Part shown: in pieces, positions 36,324 through 48,480 of the stretch
Position numbering within the stretch: the first letter of the stretch is position 1
Layout: each line of letters begins with the position of its first letter
Assembly: GCA_963820835.1 (NCBI GenBank)
Contig: CAWGBP010000005.1
Span: 6,257-70,256, forward strand
DNA length: 64,000 bases
From: Pirellulales bacterium
GTDB lineage: Bacteria; Planctomycetota; Planctomycetia; Pirellulales; JADZDJ01
Direction: 5' to 3'
Program-made: the position numbers and the translations under genes
Notes under the pieces: model-generated
Told to the model about the DNA's origin: nothing
The model's input: the letters and a program-made list of their open reading frames with translations, nothing else
The model's database searches: none

Positions 36324-37406
36324 TCAATCACTTAATCCCGCCAGCTCGCACAAGTTGGCGTTCATGACTCCTTGCGGACAGCTCCAAACCAAGAAGAAGA
36401 GCGCCTCGCGGCACCAGCGGCCTGCCGGATGGCCAGCAACGTAGCCGGTTCCCTTGGCGGCTGCGAGAGTTGCTTGAGCCGAACGCAGCGCCAAACTATT
36501 TGCCCGGGCGCGCACGTCGTCGGAGGAACATCGGGCTGTGCCGGAGGGCAGCGCAATCAGATCGCGCTCGAGCGCAGCCAGTTCCTCGCGCAAGCTGCCT
36601 GCAGGTTGGGCCAGATCGGGGCGCTTCAAACTTTCGGTTTCCAAAAAGGCAACAGCCGCCGAAGAGAGCCCTGCAGCCAGCGCCGAGGTTTGCAACCCGC
36701 CGGTGTTGGCGCCGCTGTGGCCGCTCATCACATTGGGCGCAGGACCATCGAGCAACCAGTCGCGGCCAACTTTCACGTTTTGGCAATTCAAGGGACCGGT
36801 ATGGCTGGCCGTGAGCGCGACCAACTGAGCATGCGGAGGCGTCGAAACACCGGGAAGGTATCTCGGCAGCGCGACCAAGATTTGCTGCCCGTCGTCGAGG
36901 GTCGCCCCGATGGCCACGTTCTCGGCATGGGCCGCGCCGGTGACCCAGGGACTAAAGCCGTCGAGCATAAAACTGTCGTTCGTTTCTCGGGCCGCGAGCA
37001 CCGGCTTGGCCAAATGGCGGCGGCTGGTGGTCAGATGCGAGATGCCCACCGTGGCGAACAAGCTCCCGTCGGCCAAGCCGGGGAGCAGCTTTTCCTGGGC
37101 CGCAAAATTTTCGCTATCGGCAATTCTTCGCACCGCGCCGCTGCGCTGGGTAAGGATAAAGGTGGTCGTCAGGCACGCCGACGCCAACCGCATGTAGCCG
37201 CGCAGCAAATCGGCTTCATTCCATTCCAATCCGCCCCATTGGCGCGGCTGAAACCACCGGTACACCCCCGCCTCGGCCAGCATTTGCAACTGTTCGGCAG
37301 GCCAAGCGCCGCTGGAATCGACCTCGGCCGCCCGCTCGGCCAACCTCCGGCAAAGTTCGTCGAGTGCCGCATCGTCGGGCGATTCAATCATATTTAAGTT
37401 GCTCAC
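36324..37406 (-). CDS. Acyl-CoA dehydrogenase-family protein (short)
   Basis: Three-part ACAD-like arrangement. A middle beta domain (FATVGISHLTT...DGFSPWVTGAAHAENVAIGA) sits between helical domains. Low sequence certainty. Confidence 0.45.
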   Translation of the reverse strand: MSNLNMIESPDDAALDELCRRLAERAAEVDSSGAWPAEQLQMLAEAGVYRWFQPRQWGGLEWNEADLLRGYMRLASACLTTTFILTQRSGAVRRIADSENFAAQEKLLPGLADGSLFATVGISHLTTSRRHLAKPVLAARETNDSFMLDGFSPWVTGAAHAENVAIGATLDDGQQILVALPRYLPGVSTPPHAQLVALTASHTGPLNCQNVKVGRDWLLDGPAPNVMSGHSGANTGGLQTSALAAGLSSAAVAFLETESLKRPDLAQPAGSLREELAALERDLIALPSGTARCSSDDVRARANSLALRSAQATLAAAKGTGYVAGHPAGRWCREALFFLVWSCPQGVMNANLCELAGLSD

Positions 37407-37631
37407 GCCGTCACCACCATTCCATCACCTGCTCACCCCTTCACCCGTTCTGTTATTCATCGTTCAATTTAGCCAATTGATTGTCGGCGGAAAACTCTCC
37501 CTGCATCGTAATCCAAGGGGTCGCATCGCTCGAAACCATTCGATATAATCTACCAGCTTTGTCGGCAGCGAAAGCTGGGCCGTTTGCGTGGCCGCAGTCC
37601 GCAATTGGAGCGAGGGTGGTAAGGAAATCGC

Positions 37632-39839
37632 ATGAGTCAAACCGAGCTTGAGAGCATCGTCGCTCCGGTGGCCGCTTCAAAACTTAGCCTGGGTGAATTC
37701 TCGCCCCAGACGCTCTACGAAAAGTGTCTGGCCATCGCCAAGAATCTGTGGTGGACTTGGCACCCCGACGTCGTCAACCTGTTTCGCGACCTTGACCCCA
37801 TTCGCTGGCGCCAGCTCGACCATAACCCCATCGCGCTGTTGGGCGAGTTCACGCCCGAGCGCCTCGAAATGCGGGCCGCCGAATTGGTACTGTACAGCCG
37901 CATCAACCAGGCCTTCCGCCGCCTGAAGGAATATATTGGTCCGCGCACCACGTGGGGAACCACGCATGCAGGCGTGCTCGGCTCGAAGCCCGTGGCCTAT
38001 TTCTCCGCCGAGTTCGGCATGCACGAATCAGTGCCGATTTATTCCGGCGGTTTGGGCGTGCTCTCCGGCGATCATATTAAAAGCGCCAGCGGCTTGGGCG
38101 TGCCGCTGGTGGCGCTCGGCTTGTTTTACGACCAGGGTTATTTCAAGCAGCACCTCGATATCGACGGCTACCAGCAGGAAGAGTATCTCGACACGAAGGT
38201 GGAAAATGTGCCGATGGAGCCGGCCCGCGGCGTCGATGGCCGGCCGATTACCGTGCGCGTCGATACGCGCACAGGTCCGCTGTTCGCCAAAGTGTGGCTG
38301 ATGCACGTGGGGCGGGTGGATTTGTACTTGCTCGATTGCGATGTCGACGGCAACAAGCCCGAAGAACGCGAATTGACCAGCCGGCTTTACGGCGGCGATT
38401 ATCGGACGCGCATTCGCCAGGAGCTGATTTTAGGCGTCGGCGGGGTGAAGGCGCTGCGCGCGCTGGGCATTTATCCCGGCGTGTATCACTTAAACGAAGG
38501 GCACAGTGTGTTTGCCACGCTGGAAGCCATTCGCGAGCGCATGCACGACGACGGCATGAGCTTCGACGACTCCCTGCGCGAAGTGGCGCAGCACACGGTA
38601 TTCACGACTCATACTCCGGTGCCTGCCGGTCATGATCGCTTTGACGGTGGCTTGATCGAAGAACACTTGGGCCCCACGCGCGACGCGCTGGGCATTTCGC
38701 TGCAGCAATTAATGGGGCTAGGCCGAGTCGAGCCACATAATGAGGGTGAAAGTTTTTGCATGACGGTGCTGGGCTTGAAGCTTTCGCGCCGCGCCAACGC
38801 CGTAAGCGCGCTGCACGGCCATGTGTCGCGGCGCATGTGGGCGCATCTGTGGCCGTGGCGCGTCGAGGAAGAAATTCCCATCGGCCACATTACCAACGGC
38901 GTGCACATTCCCACGTGGCTGGCGTGGCAGATGCAGCAGCTTTACGACCGCATCTTCGTCGCCGAATGGCTCAAGCGGATGGGCGAGCCGGAAATCTGGC
39001 AGGAGATTTACCGCTGCGATCCCGGCGAACTTTGGGAAACGCACTACGCGCTGAAGAACTTGCTCGTGCAGTTCGTTCGCCGTCGCGTCAGCCGGCAGTG
39101 CCGCCGCCGCGGCGAGAGCGACGAAGCGGTCGAGCAGGCGCGCAATCTGTTAGACCCAAACATTTTGACGATTGGCTTCGCGCGGCGCTTCGCCACATAT
39201 AAACGTGCCGATTTGATCATGTGGGACGCCGATCGCCTAGCTGCCATGGTCAACGATCCGCAGCGGCCACTGCAAATCATTTTCGCCGGCAAGGCGCACC
39301 CGGCCGACGAGCCCGGCAAACGGCTGATTCGCAAAATCGCCAACTTGCGTCACGACCCGCGGTTTGCCGGCCGCGTGGTCTATGTGGAAGACTACGATAT
39401 CAATGTGGCGCGCCACTTGGTGCAAGGCGTCGACGTTTGGCTTAATAACCCGCGGCGTCCGCTGGAAGCTTCCGGCACCAGTGGCCAGAAGGCGGTGCTC
39501 AACGGCGCGCTCAATCTTTCGATTCTCGACGGCTGGTGGGCCGAAGCGTACGACGGCAAAAACGGCTTTGCGATCGGCCACGGCACGACGCACGTTTCCG
39601 ATGAGATTGGCGACCGTCGCGATGCCGAAGAGTTGTTCCGCGTGCTCGACCAGGAAGTAATTCCACTCTATTACGATCGTGATGCCGACGGCCTGCCGCG
39701 GCATTGGATCATGCGGATGATGAACAGCATCAGTTCCTTGGCCTGGCGATTTAGTTCGCACCGCATGGTGGCCGACTACGTGCGGCATTGCTACCTCCCC
39801 GCCGCCGGCGGCCTAAGCTGCGACATGGTCGTGCGGTAG
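37632..39839 (+). CDS. glgP: Alpha-glucan phosphorylase (GT35, maltodextrin-phosphorylase type)
   Basis: [28 protein letters not shown] and [27 protein letters not shown] (PLP-lysine region). Confidence 0.85.
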   Translation: MSQTELESIVAPVAASKLSLGEFSPQTLYEKCLAIAKNLWWTWHPDVVNLFRDLDPIRWRQLDHNPIALLGEFTPERLEMRAAELVLYSRINQAFRRLKEYIGPRTTWGTTHAGVLGSKPVAYFSAEFGMHESVPIYSGGLGVLSGDHIKSASGLGVPLVALGLFYDQGYFKQHLDIDGYQQEEYLDTKVENVPMEPARGVDGRPITVRVDTRTGPLFAKVWLMHVGRVDLYLLDCDVDGNKPEERELTSRLYGGDYRTRIRQELILGVGGVKALRALGIYPGVYHLNEGHSVFATLEAIRERMHDDGMSFDDSLREVAQHTVFTTHTPVPAGHDRFDGGLIEEHLGPTRDALGISLQQLMGLGRVEPHNEGESFCMTVLGLKLSRRANAVSALHGHVSRRMWAHLWPWRVEEEIPIGHITNGVHIPTWLAWQMQQLYDRIFVAEWLKRMGEPEIWQEIYRCDPGELWETHYALKNLLVQFVRRRVSRQCRRRGESDEAVEQARNLLDPNILTIGFARRFATYKRADLIMWDADRLAAMVNDPQRPLQIIFAGKAHPADEPGKRLIRKIANLRHDPRFAGRVVYVEDYDINVARHLVQGVDVWLNNPRRPLEASGTSGQKAVLNGALNLSILDGWWAEAYDGKNGFAIGHGTTHVSDEIGDRRDAEELFRVLDQEVIPLYYDRDADGLPRHWIMRMMNSISSLAWRFSSHRMVADYVRHCYLPAAGGLSCDMVVR

Positions 39840-39950
39840 CGCGATCAAAGGCATCTCGAATCGCGAGTTTATTGTCGCGCCCGCTGATTCGATTTTCTGG
39901 TTTTAATTGCCGATGCGGGCTGCTTCTTCACCCGGCTTCCGCCGTTGCTG

Positions 39951-40415
39951 CTAAGTTTTATTCTGCTTGATCAGATCGCGGATTTCGGTGAGCAGCTCTT
40001 GATCTTTGGTCGGCGCGGGCGGGGCCGCCTTTTTTTCCTTCAAAATCAGCCCCAAGAACTTTTTGATGAAAATAAATAAGATCAACGCAACAAGAATAAA
40101 ATTCAGCACGTCAGCGAAGAATTGTCCAAACGCGATGGTGGCTTTGTAGCCGACAAGTTTTCCGTCGACCACTTTCGGGCCGATGTTCCAGGCCAAAGTT
40201 TTGTAGCTGTTTTCACCGGGCACGATCAACGCAATGAACGGCATTATGATATTGTCGACCAGCGATTTAATAATCGTACTGAACGCGGCGCCGATGATGA
40301 CGCCGATGGCTAAATCGACCACGTTTCCCTTGAAGGCGAAATTCTTGAATTCGTCGAATAAGGAACCGACTCGTTTGGCGGGCTCGAACGATTCGAGTTT
40401 GTTGCCGAGTGACAT
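39951..40415 (-). CDS. mscL: Large-conductance mechanosensitive channel
   Basis: FKNFAFKGNVVDLAIGVIIGAAF is the MscL TM1 signature. Confidence 0.85.
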   Translation of the reverse strand: MSLGNKLESFEPAKRVGSLFDEFKNFAFKGNVVDLAIGVIIGAAFSTIIKSLVDNIIMPFIALIVPGENSYKTLAWNIGPKVVDGKLVGYKATIAFGQFFADVLNFILVALILFIFIKKFLGLILKEKKAAPPAPTKDQELLTEIRDLIKQNKT

Positions 40416-40446
40416 GGTGGAACCTGTGTGTGGATGTCGGGTGAAT

Positions 40447-41538
40447 TTAGCTACTTCCGCCTGAATAAAACTTCACGCACACGGGGCTGGGTATTTGCAC
40501 TTTGTAATCAGTAAGGTGAAGTTTGCCGCTGGAAGTGTCAATGCGAAACACGCAGACCGTGTCGCTATCTTGATGGGCTTCCACTAGCCAGCGGCCAGTC
40601 GGATCAATGCCGAAATTGCGCGGTGTTTTGCCGGCGCTGGGCTGATCGCCAAGATAACTTAGTTTCCCGGTCGCCGGATCGACGGCAAACATTGCCAGGC
40701 TGTCGTGGCCACGATTGGATGCGTAGAGGAATTCGCCACTGGGATGAACTTGGACGTCGGCCGCGATGCTGTCGGCCAGTTTCATTCCGGGGGGCAGGAG
40801 GCTGGCGGTCTGAATTTCAGTGGCAGTTCCTTTCTCAGAATTCCAGGCCAGCGCTGTGACAGTGGAGAAAATTTCATTGAGCACAAAGACAAATTTGCCA
40901 TTGGGATGAAACGCCAAATGGCGCGGCCCGCTGCCAGGCGCCAATTCGATTGCTGGGGGATCGTTGGGTATGAGTGCGCCGCAATTGGTATCCAGCCGAT
41001 AGACAAACACCTTATCTAAGCCCAAATCGCAAACCAGCGCCCATTGATTCGTGGGGTCCATGTTGATCGAGTGGGTGTGCGGGCCTTCTTGCCGCGCAGG
41101 GTTCATACTCGCGCCATGGTGCTGCGCGAAGCCGGTCATTAAACCCAAGCGGCCGTCTGCTTCGATGGGAAACACCGCGACGGCTCCGTTGGGATAATTC
41201 GTTGCCAGCGCGAAGCGGCCCGTGCGATCGACACTCACGTGGCACGGAGTGCGCGGGCCGCACGATGGCTGTTGATTCAGCAGAGTTAGCCGGCCTGTGG
41301 TTGGATCGAGCGAGTAGGCGTTGACAGCCCCAATAACATTGCCGTCCGCGTCTGCCATTTGGCCGGAGGAGTACAGCAGGCGGCCGCCGGGGTGGATTGC
41401 AAGGAATGGTGGATCGACGACATCGACGGCGAGTTGGGGTTGCGCGAGCGCACCGGTTTCCGGGTGCAGATTCAACTGGTAAATCCCTTTACCGCCGGCG
41501 CGAGCATAAGTGCCAATGTAAATGCGCATGGCTTGCAT
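40447..41538 (-). CDS. Lactonase-family 7-bladed beta-propeller (6-phosphogluconolactonase / YbhE-like)
   Basis: N-terminus MRIYIGTYARAGGKGIYQLNLHPETGAL and repeated blade motifs (HP.G.FLY..N). Confidence 0.75.
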   Translation of the reverse strand: MQAMRIYIGTYARAGGKGIYQLNLHPETGALAQPQLAVDVVDPPFLAIHPGGRLLYSSGQMADADGNVIGAVNAYSLDPTTGRLTLLNQQPSCGPRTPCHVSVDRTGRFALATNYPNGAVAVFPIEADGRLGLMTGFAQHHGASMNPARQEGPHTHSINMDPTNQWALVCDLGLDKVFVYRLDTNCGALIPNDPPAIELAPGSGPRHLAFHPNGKFVFVLNEIFSTVTALAWNSEKGTATEIQTASLLPPGMKLADSIAADVQVHPSGEFLYASNRGHDSLAMFAVDPATGKLSYLGDQPSAGKTPRNFGIDPTGRWLVEAHQDSDTVCVFRIDTSSGKLHLTDYKVQIPSPVCVKFYSGGSS

Positions 41539-42295
41539 TTGAGCTGATTGAGCCCGCCGATGAGGAGAAAATGCTTCCCACTCTGGCCCCTATTTGAACG
41601 CGGCACCTCACCCAAAAGCAAGCAGCCAATGAATCGGGCTTTTCGACGAATACCTGCTTGGAAGGGCGAGAATTGCTGATTTATGTCGGGGCCTGTAACA
41701 AACCGCTCGGCTTTACGCTCTCACTGAGTAGAAAGGAGCGTGACCTATGCCAGACGGAACCAGAAATCGCCGCTTTTCGCAAAACGCCGCCAAACGACAT
41801 TGGTATGCCCAGCATCGGGCGGTCCGCTTCACCCGCCGCTTTGGATTGAATCATTAAAACGGGGCGAAATTCCCTCAGCCTAAAAAGGCTGGCCCACCGC
41901 CAGCCGCTCGAAAGTAGCTGGTATCAAATCGATACGCAGAAATCTCGATTCTGGAAAAGCGCCGCTCGTCCTCGATATACTTGCCACTCTTGCTTTTTCG
42001 GGGGCTGATCAAACGCACGCTGGCTGAGTACTGTTTGGGCAAAGCTTGCGGTGGAAGCTGTGCCGTCATTTCTCGCGCATCCGGCTATCTTTCCCTAAGT
42101 TGCCTCGGCTGTTGCCATTTGGCTACGCTGTTGCTTTTTGTTTTCGGAAGAAAGAATTCTGGCACGCACCCTGCACTTGCTTGATTACCTGAGATTTAAG
42201 TGACATACTTTCCTAGGTAGTTTTCAAAGAACTATCGCTTATCTTTTCCTGCTCAATTCAATCTGAATCCCCAATACAAGACGAGGAGACCCGCG

Positions 42296-42751
42296 ATGAA
42301 ACGCTTTGTTCCACCGTTGTTCGCCGTAGCAGTGCTCGGAGTTGCCACTACCGTGAATGCTGAATGTGCGTGCGGCGGCGCGGCACCCGCGACGGCGTAC
42401 TACGCTCCAGCAACGACAGCGTATTACGCGCCCGCAACGACGGCCTACTACGCGCCATCGACAACGGCGTCGGTAGTGACCGGCTCGCCGATGCCGACAA
42501 CTGTGTCCAGCTACTATCCGACGACAACCGCCGCCTACTATGCACCGGCTGAGACCGTCGCCACGTATTACGCACCTGAACCGGTGACGAGCTATTACGC
42601 GCCGGTGACGACTTATTACGCGCCAGCGCCTGTCAGTGCCTATTATGCTCCAGCGACGGTGTATTCGCCGGTGGTCGCTGCGCCGGCTTACTCGTATGGG
42701 TATCCGGTCTATTACCGCCGCGGATTGTTCGGCCGCTTGATCGTGCGCTAG
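42296..42751 (+). CDS. Secreted low-complexity protein with YYAP(A/S)TTA tandem repeats
   Basis: Signal peptide (LFAVAVLGVATTVNA), a CACGG motif, then at least 12 YYAP-type repeats. GAGGAG RBS 8 nt upstream. The DNA shows ~27-nt periodicity. Confidence 0.55.
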   Translation: MKRFVPPLFAVAVLGVATTVNAECACGGAAPATAYYAPATTAYYAPATTAYYAPSTTASVVTGSPMPTTVSSYYPTTTAAYYAPAETVATYYAPEPVTSYYAPVTTYYAPAPVSAYYAPATVYSPVVAAPAYSYGYPVYYRRGLFGRLIVR

Positions 42752-42802
42752 ACGAGTGATTCACTTGGCGTTTTTGAAAAGCGAAAATACAAAGGTATTT
42801 CA

Positions 42803-42841
42803 AGCGAGACCCTGGCAAACGCCGGGGTCTCGCTTTATTTT
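42803..42841 (+). terminator. Rho-independent terminator after the YYAP-repeat gene (10-bp stem agcgagaccc/gggtctcgct then TTATTTT)
   Basis: Read directly from the sequence. Confidence 0.65.
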
Positions 42842-42922
42842 AGGTGCGCATCATCTCGCCCTTAGCTTGCGCAATGGCGGAGTCGCACGCGCACCTAGCG
42901 GCCTGGCTCGATGGGATAAAGC

Positions 42923-43283
42923 ATGAACCAAATAACCGGCATTGGCGGAATATTTTTTCGCGCACGACCCCCCCATGTTAAGCCGGTGGTACTCGAAGCA
43001 TTTAGGTGTGTTGCCGCCGCCGCCCAGTTACGATATAGCGCCGTGGCAGCAGGAAGCGGGGCCAACGGTATTTGCGCCGTTTCCGGCGGACACGAAATAC
43101 TTCGGCGAAGGCGCTCAGACGTGGATGATAAATTTTCGCGTGAAAAGATTGGATGCCGCCGTCGCTGAGCTGCGGTCGGCCGGAATCGAAGTCGAGGTCG
43201 ACTCCGAAGAATATCCCAACGGAAGATTCGCGCGGCTCAGCGACCCGGAAGGAAATCCGATCCAATTGTGGGAACCGAAGTAA
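42923..43283 (+). CDS. VOC (glyoxalase/bleomycin-resistance) family protein, N-terminus split by a frameshift at a T6/C7 homopolymer (~42953-42973)
   Basis: MNQITGIGGIFFRA in one frame, then DPPMLSRWYSKHLGV...PNGRFARLSDPEGNPIQLWEP in the next. Confidence 0.6.
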
Positions 43284-43365
43284 GTCATCGATGCAGACGA
43301 ATCGGGCCGTTGAATTCTGTCGCCGCGCCTCTGAAACCTCAACTTAATCTCCTGAGCCACCACCC

Positions 43366-44255
43366 ATGAAACTCAAAGATCTCTTCGAACACTGCCGCGT
43401 TAAAGCTGGGAAGAAATTTAAGCTGAAAGATCACGACCCTTCCTGGGCGGGCGACACCGATATCGCCAAATCCGAGCGTAAAGACTTCGCCGAAAAACTG
43501 CTCTCGGAAGATGTCGATTCCTTGGCCGCGGCGCAAGACCTGTTGTATGCGGCCGACCAATGGTCGATCTTAGTGGTGCTGCAGGCGATGGATGCCGCCG
43601 GCAAGGATGGCATTATCAAGCACGTTATGTCGGGGGTAAATCCGCAGGGCTGCCAGGTGTACAGCTTCAAGCAGCCGTCGGTCGAAGAGCTCGATCACAA
43701 TTTTCTCTGGCGGTGCATGGTGCGGCTGCCGGAGCGCGGAAGAATTGGCATCTTCAACCGCTCATATTACGAAGACGTGCTCGTGGTGAAGGTGCATCCG
43801 GAATTGGTGGCCAAAGAACGCATACCTGACGCAAAAGTGAACAAGGAGTTTTGGGAAGCGCGTTATGAAGATATCAATCATTTTGAGCAGCACCTGACAC
43901 GCAACGGCACGAAGATCGTTAAGTTCTTCCTGCATATCTCAAAAGACGAGCAGCGCAAACGGTTTTTACGCGCATCGACGACCCCGACAAGCATTGGAAG
44001 TTTTCGACCGCCGACGTGGCGGAGCGCGCGCATTGGGACGAGTACATGGAAGCGTTCGAAGAGTGCATCGACGCCACAAGCACCGACGAGGCGCCCTGGC
44101 ACGTAATTCCTTCGAACCACAAATGGGTCAGCCGAGCGCTGGTGGCAAAGATTTTAGTCGATACGATTCAATCGCTGGGGCTCAAATATCCTGAGGTTAC
44201 GCCAGAGCGATTGAAACAAATCGAAGCAGCCAAGAAACAGTTGGAAGGGGAATAG
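43366..44255 (+). CDS. Polyphosphate kinase 2 (PPK2) family, frameshift at T5 run 43963-43967
   Basis: Walker A region ILVVLQAMDAAGKDG, then RIGIFNRSYYEDVLVVKVHPE. The C-terminus RIDDPDKHWKFSTADVAERAHWDEYMEAFEE...APWHVIPSNHKW is in the next frame. Confidence 0.75.
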
Positions 44256-44397
44256 TACCGCGCGATCGGCGGTCTGTCTCAAAAACCCTTACCGAAGGAG
44301 CGAATTGTCGTGTATAGTATTGACAGGCGGCTTTGCGCGGCCGGGCTAGTGTGTTCGGCGTGCAGGACGGCGGTTTTACCCAAGGCGGGACACCCCG

Positions 44398-45927
44398 ATG
44401 GTTACCCGCAAGCATCTCGTACTGTTTCTCAACGGCAAGAGGCGCGAAGTTCATGGCGGCGATTGCTTCCTGAGCCTTAGCGACTTTCTCCGCTATCGGC
44501 TCGCGCTGGTCGGTACGAAAATTGTCTGTTCCGAGGGAGATTGTGGAAGTTGCACCGTGCTTGTCGGCCGGAGCGAGGGGAATGCATTTCGCTACCAGCC
44601 GATCGATTCGTGCATCCGCTGGATGTTTCAACTCGACGGCATGCATGTGATTACCGTCGAAGGCCTGGCAGGGGCGCAGGCTGAGCACCCATTGAATGGC
44701 ACGGTTGAAACTACCGTCGGCCAAAATCGCAATGCCGCCACGCGCGAATTGACTTCCGTGCAGCAAGCGATGGTCGATTGCCATGGTTCGCAGTGCGGGT
44801 TTTGCACGCCAGGGTTCGTGATGGCGATGACCGGCTTGTGCGAATCGGCCAATGGGCATGCTTTGACAGAGGACGATTGGCGGCACGGGCTGACCGGAAA
44901 TCTGTGCCGCTGCACTGGCTACACTCCGATTTTGAAAGCCGGTGTGCAAATCGCAGCTAGCAGGGTCGCTAAGCTGAACGAGCTATATCCTCCTGCGGCA
45001 ATGTTAGCGGCGCTTAAGCCGCTGGAGGCAGACGCAATTGATTTGCGCGCCGATTGGGCAGGCACCACGCGGCGCGCTTATTGCCCCACAACCATCGACC
45101 AAGCAATTGCCTTTCGCCGCGATAATCCGCAAGCCAAAGTCATTGCGGGCGCGACGGATGTCGGCGTGCAAATGAATAAGCGGTTGATCGAGCCCGACGT
45201 CTTTTTGGATCTGAATCGAGTGGCTGAATTGGAAGGCGCGCGAATTGTAGAGACAGACGACGGCAAGCGGGTTCTCATGGCCGAAGCGCGAGCGACTTGG
45301 ACTGAACTGCTGGAACTGCTCGAGAAGGAAGTGCCTCAATTTGGCGAAATTTTGTCGGTGTTTGGCTCGCCGCAAATCCGCCATGCTGGCACAATCGGTG
45401 GCAATATTATCAATGCCTCGCCTATCGCCGACTCGCTGCCATTTTTGTTCGTGATGGAAGCGGAACTGGAACTTGCCGGCCCAACGGAGCGCCGCCGCGT
45501 AAATATCAACAATTTCTATCACGGTTATAAAGAATTCGATTTGCGGCCCGACGAGCTGCTCGCATCGGTGCGTGTTCCACTGCCGGCGGAGGACGAGATA
45601 TTGCGGCTATTTAAGATTTCGCGGCGGCGCGATTTGGATATATCGACCTTCACGGCCGCCGTTCGATTGCGGCTAGACAGCGACCAAATTTCCAGCGCGG
45701 CAATCGCTTACGGCGCGGTGGCGCCAACGGTGCTGCGGCTACCGAAAACCGAGCGGTTTTTGGTCGGCCGAGAATTTTCGGAAGAAACGATGCGAAGAGC
45801 CGGCGATATCGCCGTGAGCGAAATCAGCCCAATTAGCGATGTGCGCGGCAGCAAAGATTATCGCTTGCAGCTTGCCCGCAACGTGCTGTTGAAATTTTAT
45901 CACGAACAACAATTAGCAATGGCTTAG
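44398..45927 (+). CDS. xdhA: Xanthine dehydrogenase-type small subunit ([2Fe-2S] ferredoxin + FAD-binding domains)
   Basis: CSEGDCGSCTV and CHGSQCGFCTPGFVM (two Fe-S clusters), then a CO-dehydrogenase-flavoprotein-like FAD domain (AGATDVGV). Confidence 0.8.
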   Translation: MVTRKHLVLFLNGKRREVHGGDCFLSLSDFLRYRLALVGTKIVCSEGDCGSCTVLVGRSEGNAFRYQPIDSCIRWMFQLDGMHVITVEGLAGAQAEHPLNGTVETTVGQNRNAATRELTSVQQAMVDCHGSQCGFCTPGFVMAMTGLCESANGHALTEDDWRHGLTGNLCRCTGYTPILKAGVQIAASRVAKLNELYPPAAMLAALKPLEADAIDLRADWAGTTRRAYCPTTIDQAIAFRRDNPQAKVIAGATDVGVQMNKRLIEPDVFLDLNRVAELEGARIVETDDGKRVLMAEARATWTELLELLEKEVPQFGEILSVFGSPQIRHAGTIGGNIINASPIADSLPFLFVMEAELELAGPTERRRVNINNFYHGYKEFDLRPDELLASVRVPLPAEDEILRLFKISRRRDLDISTFTAAVRLRLDSDQISSAAIAYGAVAPTVLRLPKTERFLVGREFSEETMRRAGDIAVSEISPISDVRGSKDYRLQLARNVLLKFYHEQQLAMA

Positions 45928-45937
45928 CAAGACTTGA

Positions 45938-48465
45938 TTGCTGAATTTGAAAGTTTGTATGCCTTCCGTTGGTAAACCTATTCCGCACGATTCGGCTGTC
46001 GGTCATGTGACCGGCTCGGCCTGGTACATCGACGATGTGCCGGCACGCACCGACGAGTTGTTCGTCGGCTTTGTCGGCAGCCCAGTGGCGGCGGGCAGGA
46101 TCGAATCGATCGAGCTTGATGCCGCCAAAGCAGTGCCAGGCGTCGTTGCGCTGCTGACGGCCAAAGATCTTCCCGGCCACAACCTGTTCGGCCCTATCAT
46201 CCGCGACGAACAGGTGCTCGCCGATTCAAACGTGCAGTACGTCGGCCAACCAGTGGTCGTTGTCGCCGCTGAAACGAGCGCCGCGATGGAGAGGGCCCGC
46301 CGCTTGGTGAAGATTAACATCACGCCGATAGAACCAATTCTTTCCATCGAGAAAGCCATCGAGCATGAGCACTTCATCGGGCCCGCGCGCACCATTCGGC
46401 GCGGCGATCCCGAAGCAGCCTTGAAGGCCGCACCGCATCGTCTGTCGGGCGTATTCCACAACTTGGGCCAGGAGCAGTTCTATCTGGAATCGCAAGCTGC
46501 GATCGCCTATCCCGGCGAGGAAGGCCAGATGGTGGTGCACAGCTCGACGCAAAACCCAACCGAAACGCAGCATGTCGTGGCCGAGGCGCTGGGCTTGCAG
46601 TTCCATCAGGTCGTTTGCATCTGCAAACGGATGGGGGGCGGCTTCGGCGGCAAGGAAACGCAAGGCAGCATTCCCGCCGTGATGGCGGCGCTCGTGGCTC
46701 AAAAAACCGGCCGCGCCGCGCGAGTGATTTACAACAAAGACGACGACATGTGCTCCACCGGCAAGCGGCATGCTTACCGCAGCGAGTGGGAGGTCGGCTT
46801 CGACGAACGCGGTCGCATCCTGGCCTACAAAGTGCAGTTTTATTCCGACGGCGGCTGCTCGGCCGATCTATCGACCGGCATCATGGAGCGCACGATGCTC
46901 CACGCCGAGAACGCTTACTACATTCCCAACATCGAAATTCGCGGGCGCGTTTGCTTCACCAATTATCCGTCGAACACCGCCTTTCGCGGCTTCGGCGGCC
47001 CGCAAGGCATGGCGGTCGTCGAAAACGTAATCTGCGAAATTGCACTGTTTCTCAGCGGCCGATCGGGGATAAGTGGCCGCGATCGCGACGGCCAAGCCAG
47101 CAGCAACGGTCACGCCGGCCGCCAGTTGACGGCGCTCGAAGTGCAGCAAATCAATTTGTACGGCCACGACGATCGCAACATTACGCCCTACGGGCAGATT
47201 TTCAAAAAGAATCATCTGCCTGAAATTATCGACACGCTGGCCAAATCGTGCGATTTCCGGAAACGCCTCACCGAAGTCGAAAAAAGCAACAGCACCGATC
47301 GGCTCTGGCTGCGCGGCTTGGCGCTCATGCCGGTGAAATTCGGCATTTCGTTCACTACCAGTTGGCTCAATCAGGGGAACGCCCTGGTCAGCCTGCAGGC
47401 CGACGGCACGGTGCAAGTTTCGACCGGCGGCACCGAAATGGGTCAAGGACTCAACGTTAAAATCCGCCAGTTGGTGGCCGACGAATTCGGCATCCCTGTG
47501 GCCAATGTCCTGGTGATGGCGACCTCAACTGAAAAAAATCACAACACTTCAGCCACTGCTGCTTCGGCCGGCACGGATTTGAACGGCGCGGCGGCAGTCA
47601 ACGCCTGCCGGCAAATCAAAGAACGTCTGACGGCCTACGCCGCCCGGCGGCTGGCGCGTCCTGATATCGGCTACGGCGAATCGCCATCAACGATTGTCTT
47701 CGAAATGGGCGTAGTTTACGACAGCCGCCATCCGGAAGAAAAACTCGATTTCAAAAAATTCTGCGCCGAAGCTCGCATGGCCCGCGTCGATTTGGGTGCC
47801 CGCGGGTTTTATTCCACGCCGGGAGTTGATTTCAATCGCGAGACCGGCCGCGGCAATCCGTTCTTATATTACACGCAAGGCGCGGCGGCCGCTGAAGTAA
47901 AAATCGACCGCTTCACCGGCGAGCTCACCGTTCCGCGCGTCGATTTGCTCATCGATATCGGCCGCTCGATCAATCCGGGCGTCGATATGGGTCAAATTAT
48001 CGGCGGCTTCATTCAGGGCCTAGGGTGGGTCACGGGCGAATGCCTGGTGTACAACGAGCGCGGCGAGTTGCTATCGCATTCTCCGACGACTTACAAAATT
48101 CCGGCGGTTACCGACGTGCCGCCGATTTTCAATTGCGAGATGTTTCCCAACGACGACAACGTGGAGTCGTGGCGCGCAGCAAAGCGGTCGGCGAACCGCC
48201 GCTGATGCACGCCATCGCGGTTTGGACTGCCGTGAAGCACGCGCTCTCGTTCACCTCCCCGACCGCATCCCAGGCACTCACCTTGCCCGCCACTGGCGAA
48301 GAAATCCTGCGCTGCCTGACGTTGCGCAAATGCAGCCCAAACCAGCGGCCGTTACCAACGGCAATGGCGCTACCGCCCCAAGCGCCACGGCAAAGGCGAA
48401 ATCTTAAGTTGGCTTTGCGGGATCACAATCCACAGTTTCTCTGTGGTAAACTTGCCATAGAATAG
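45938..48465 (+). CDS. xdhB: Xanthine dehydrogenase molybdopterin-binding large subunit, frameshift near 48160
   Basis: a/b hammerhead, GGGFGGKE MoCo motif, and C-terminal RSKAVGEPPLMHAIAVWTAVKHAL...LPATGEEILRCL in the next frame. Confidence 0.8.
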
Positions 48466-48480
48466 TGCTGACCACCATTT

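Noticed and set aside
36372-37397. 341-aa plus-strand ORF
   Set aside because: Antisense to the ACAD-like gene. Arg/Gly/Ala-rich junk translation.
41539-42295. Possible ncRNA or small gene in the 750-bp gap upstream of the YYAP-repeat gene
   Set aside because: Only short overlapping ORFs with no support, no recognisable riboswitch or RNA motif, and no strong secondary structure seen by eye. Left unannotated.
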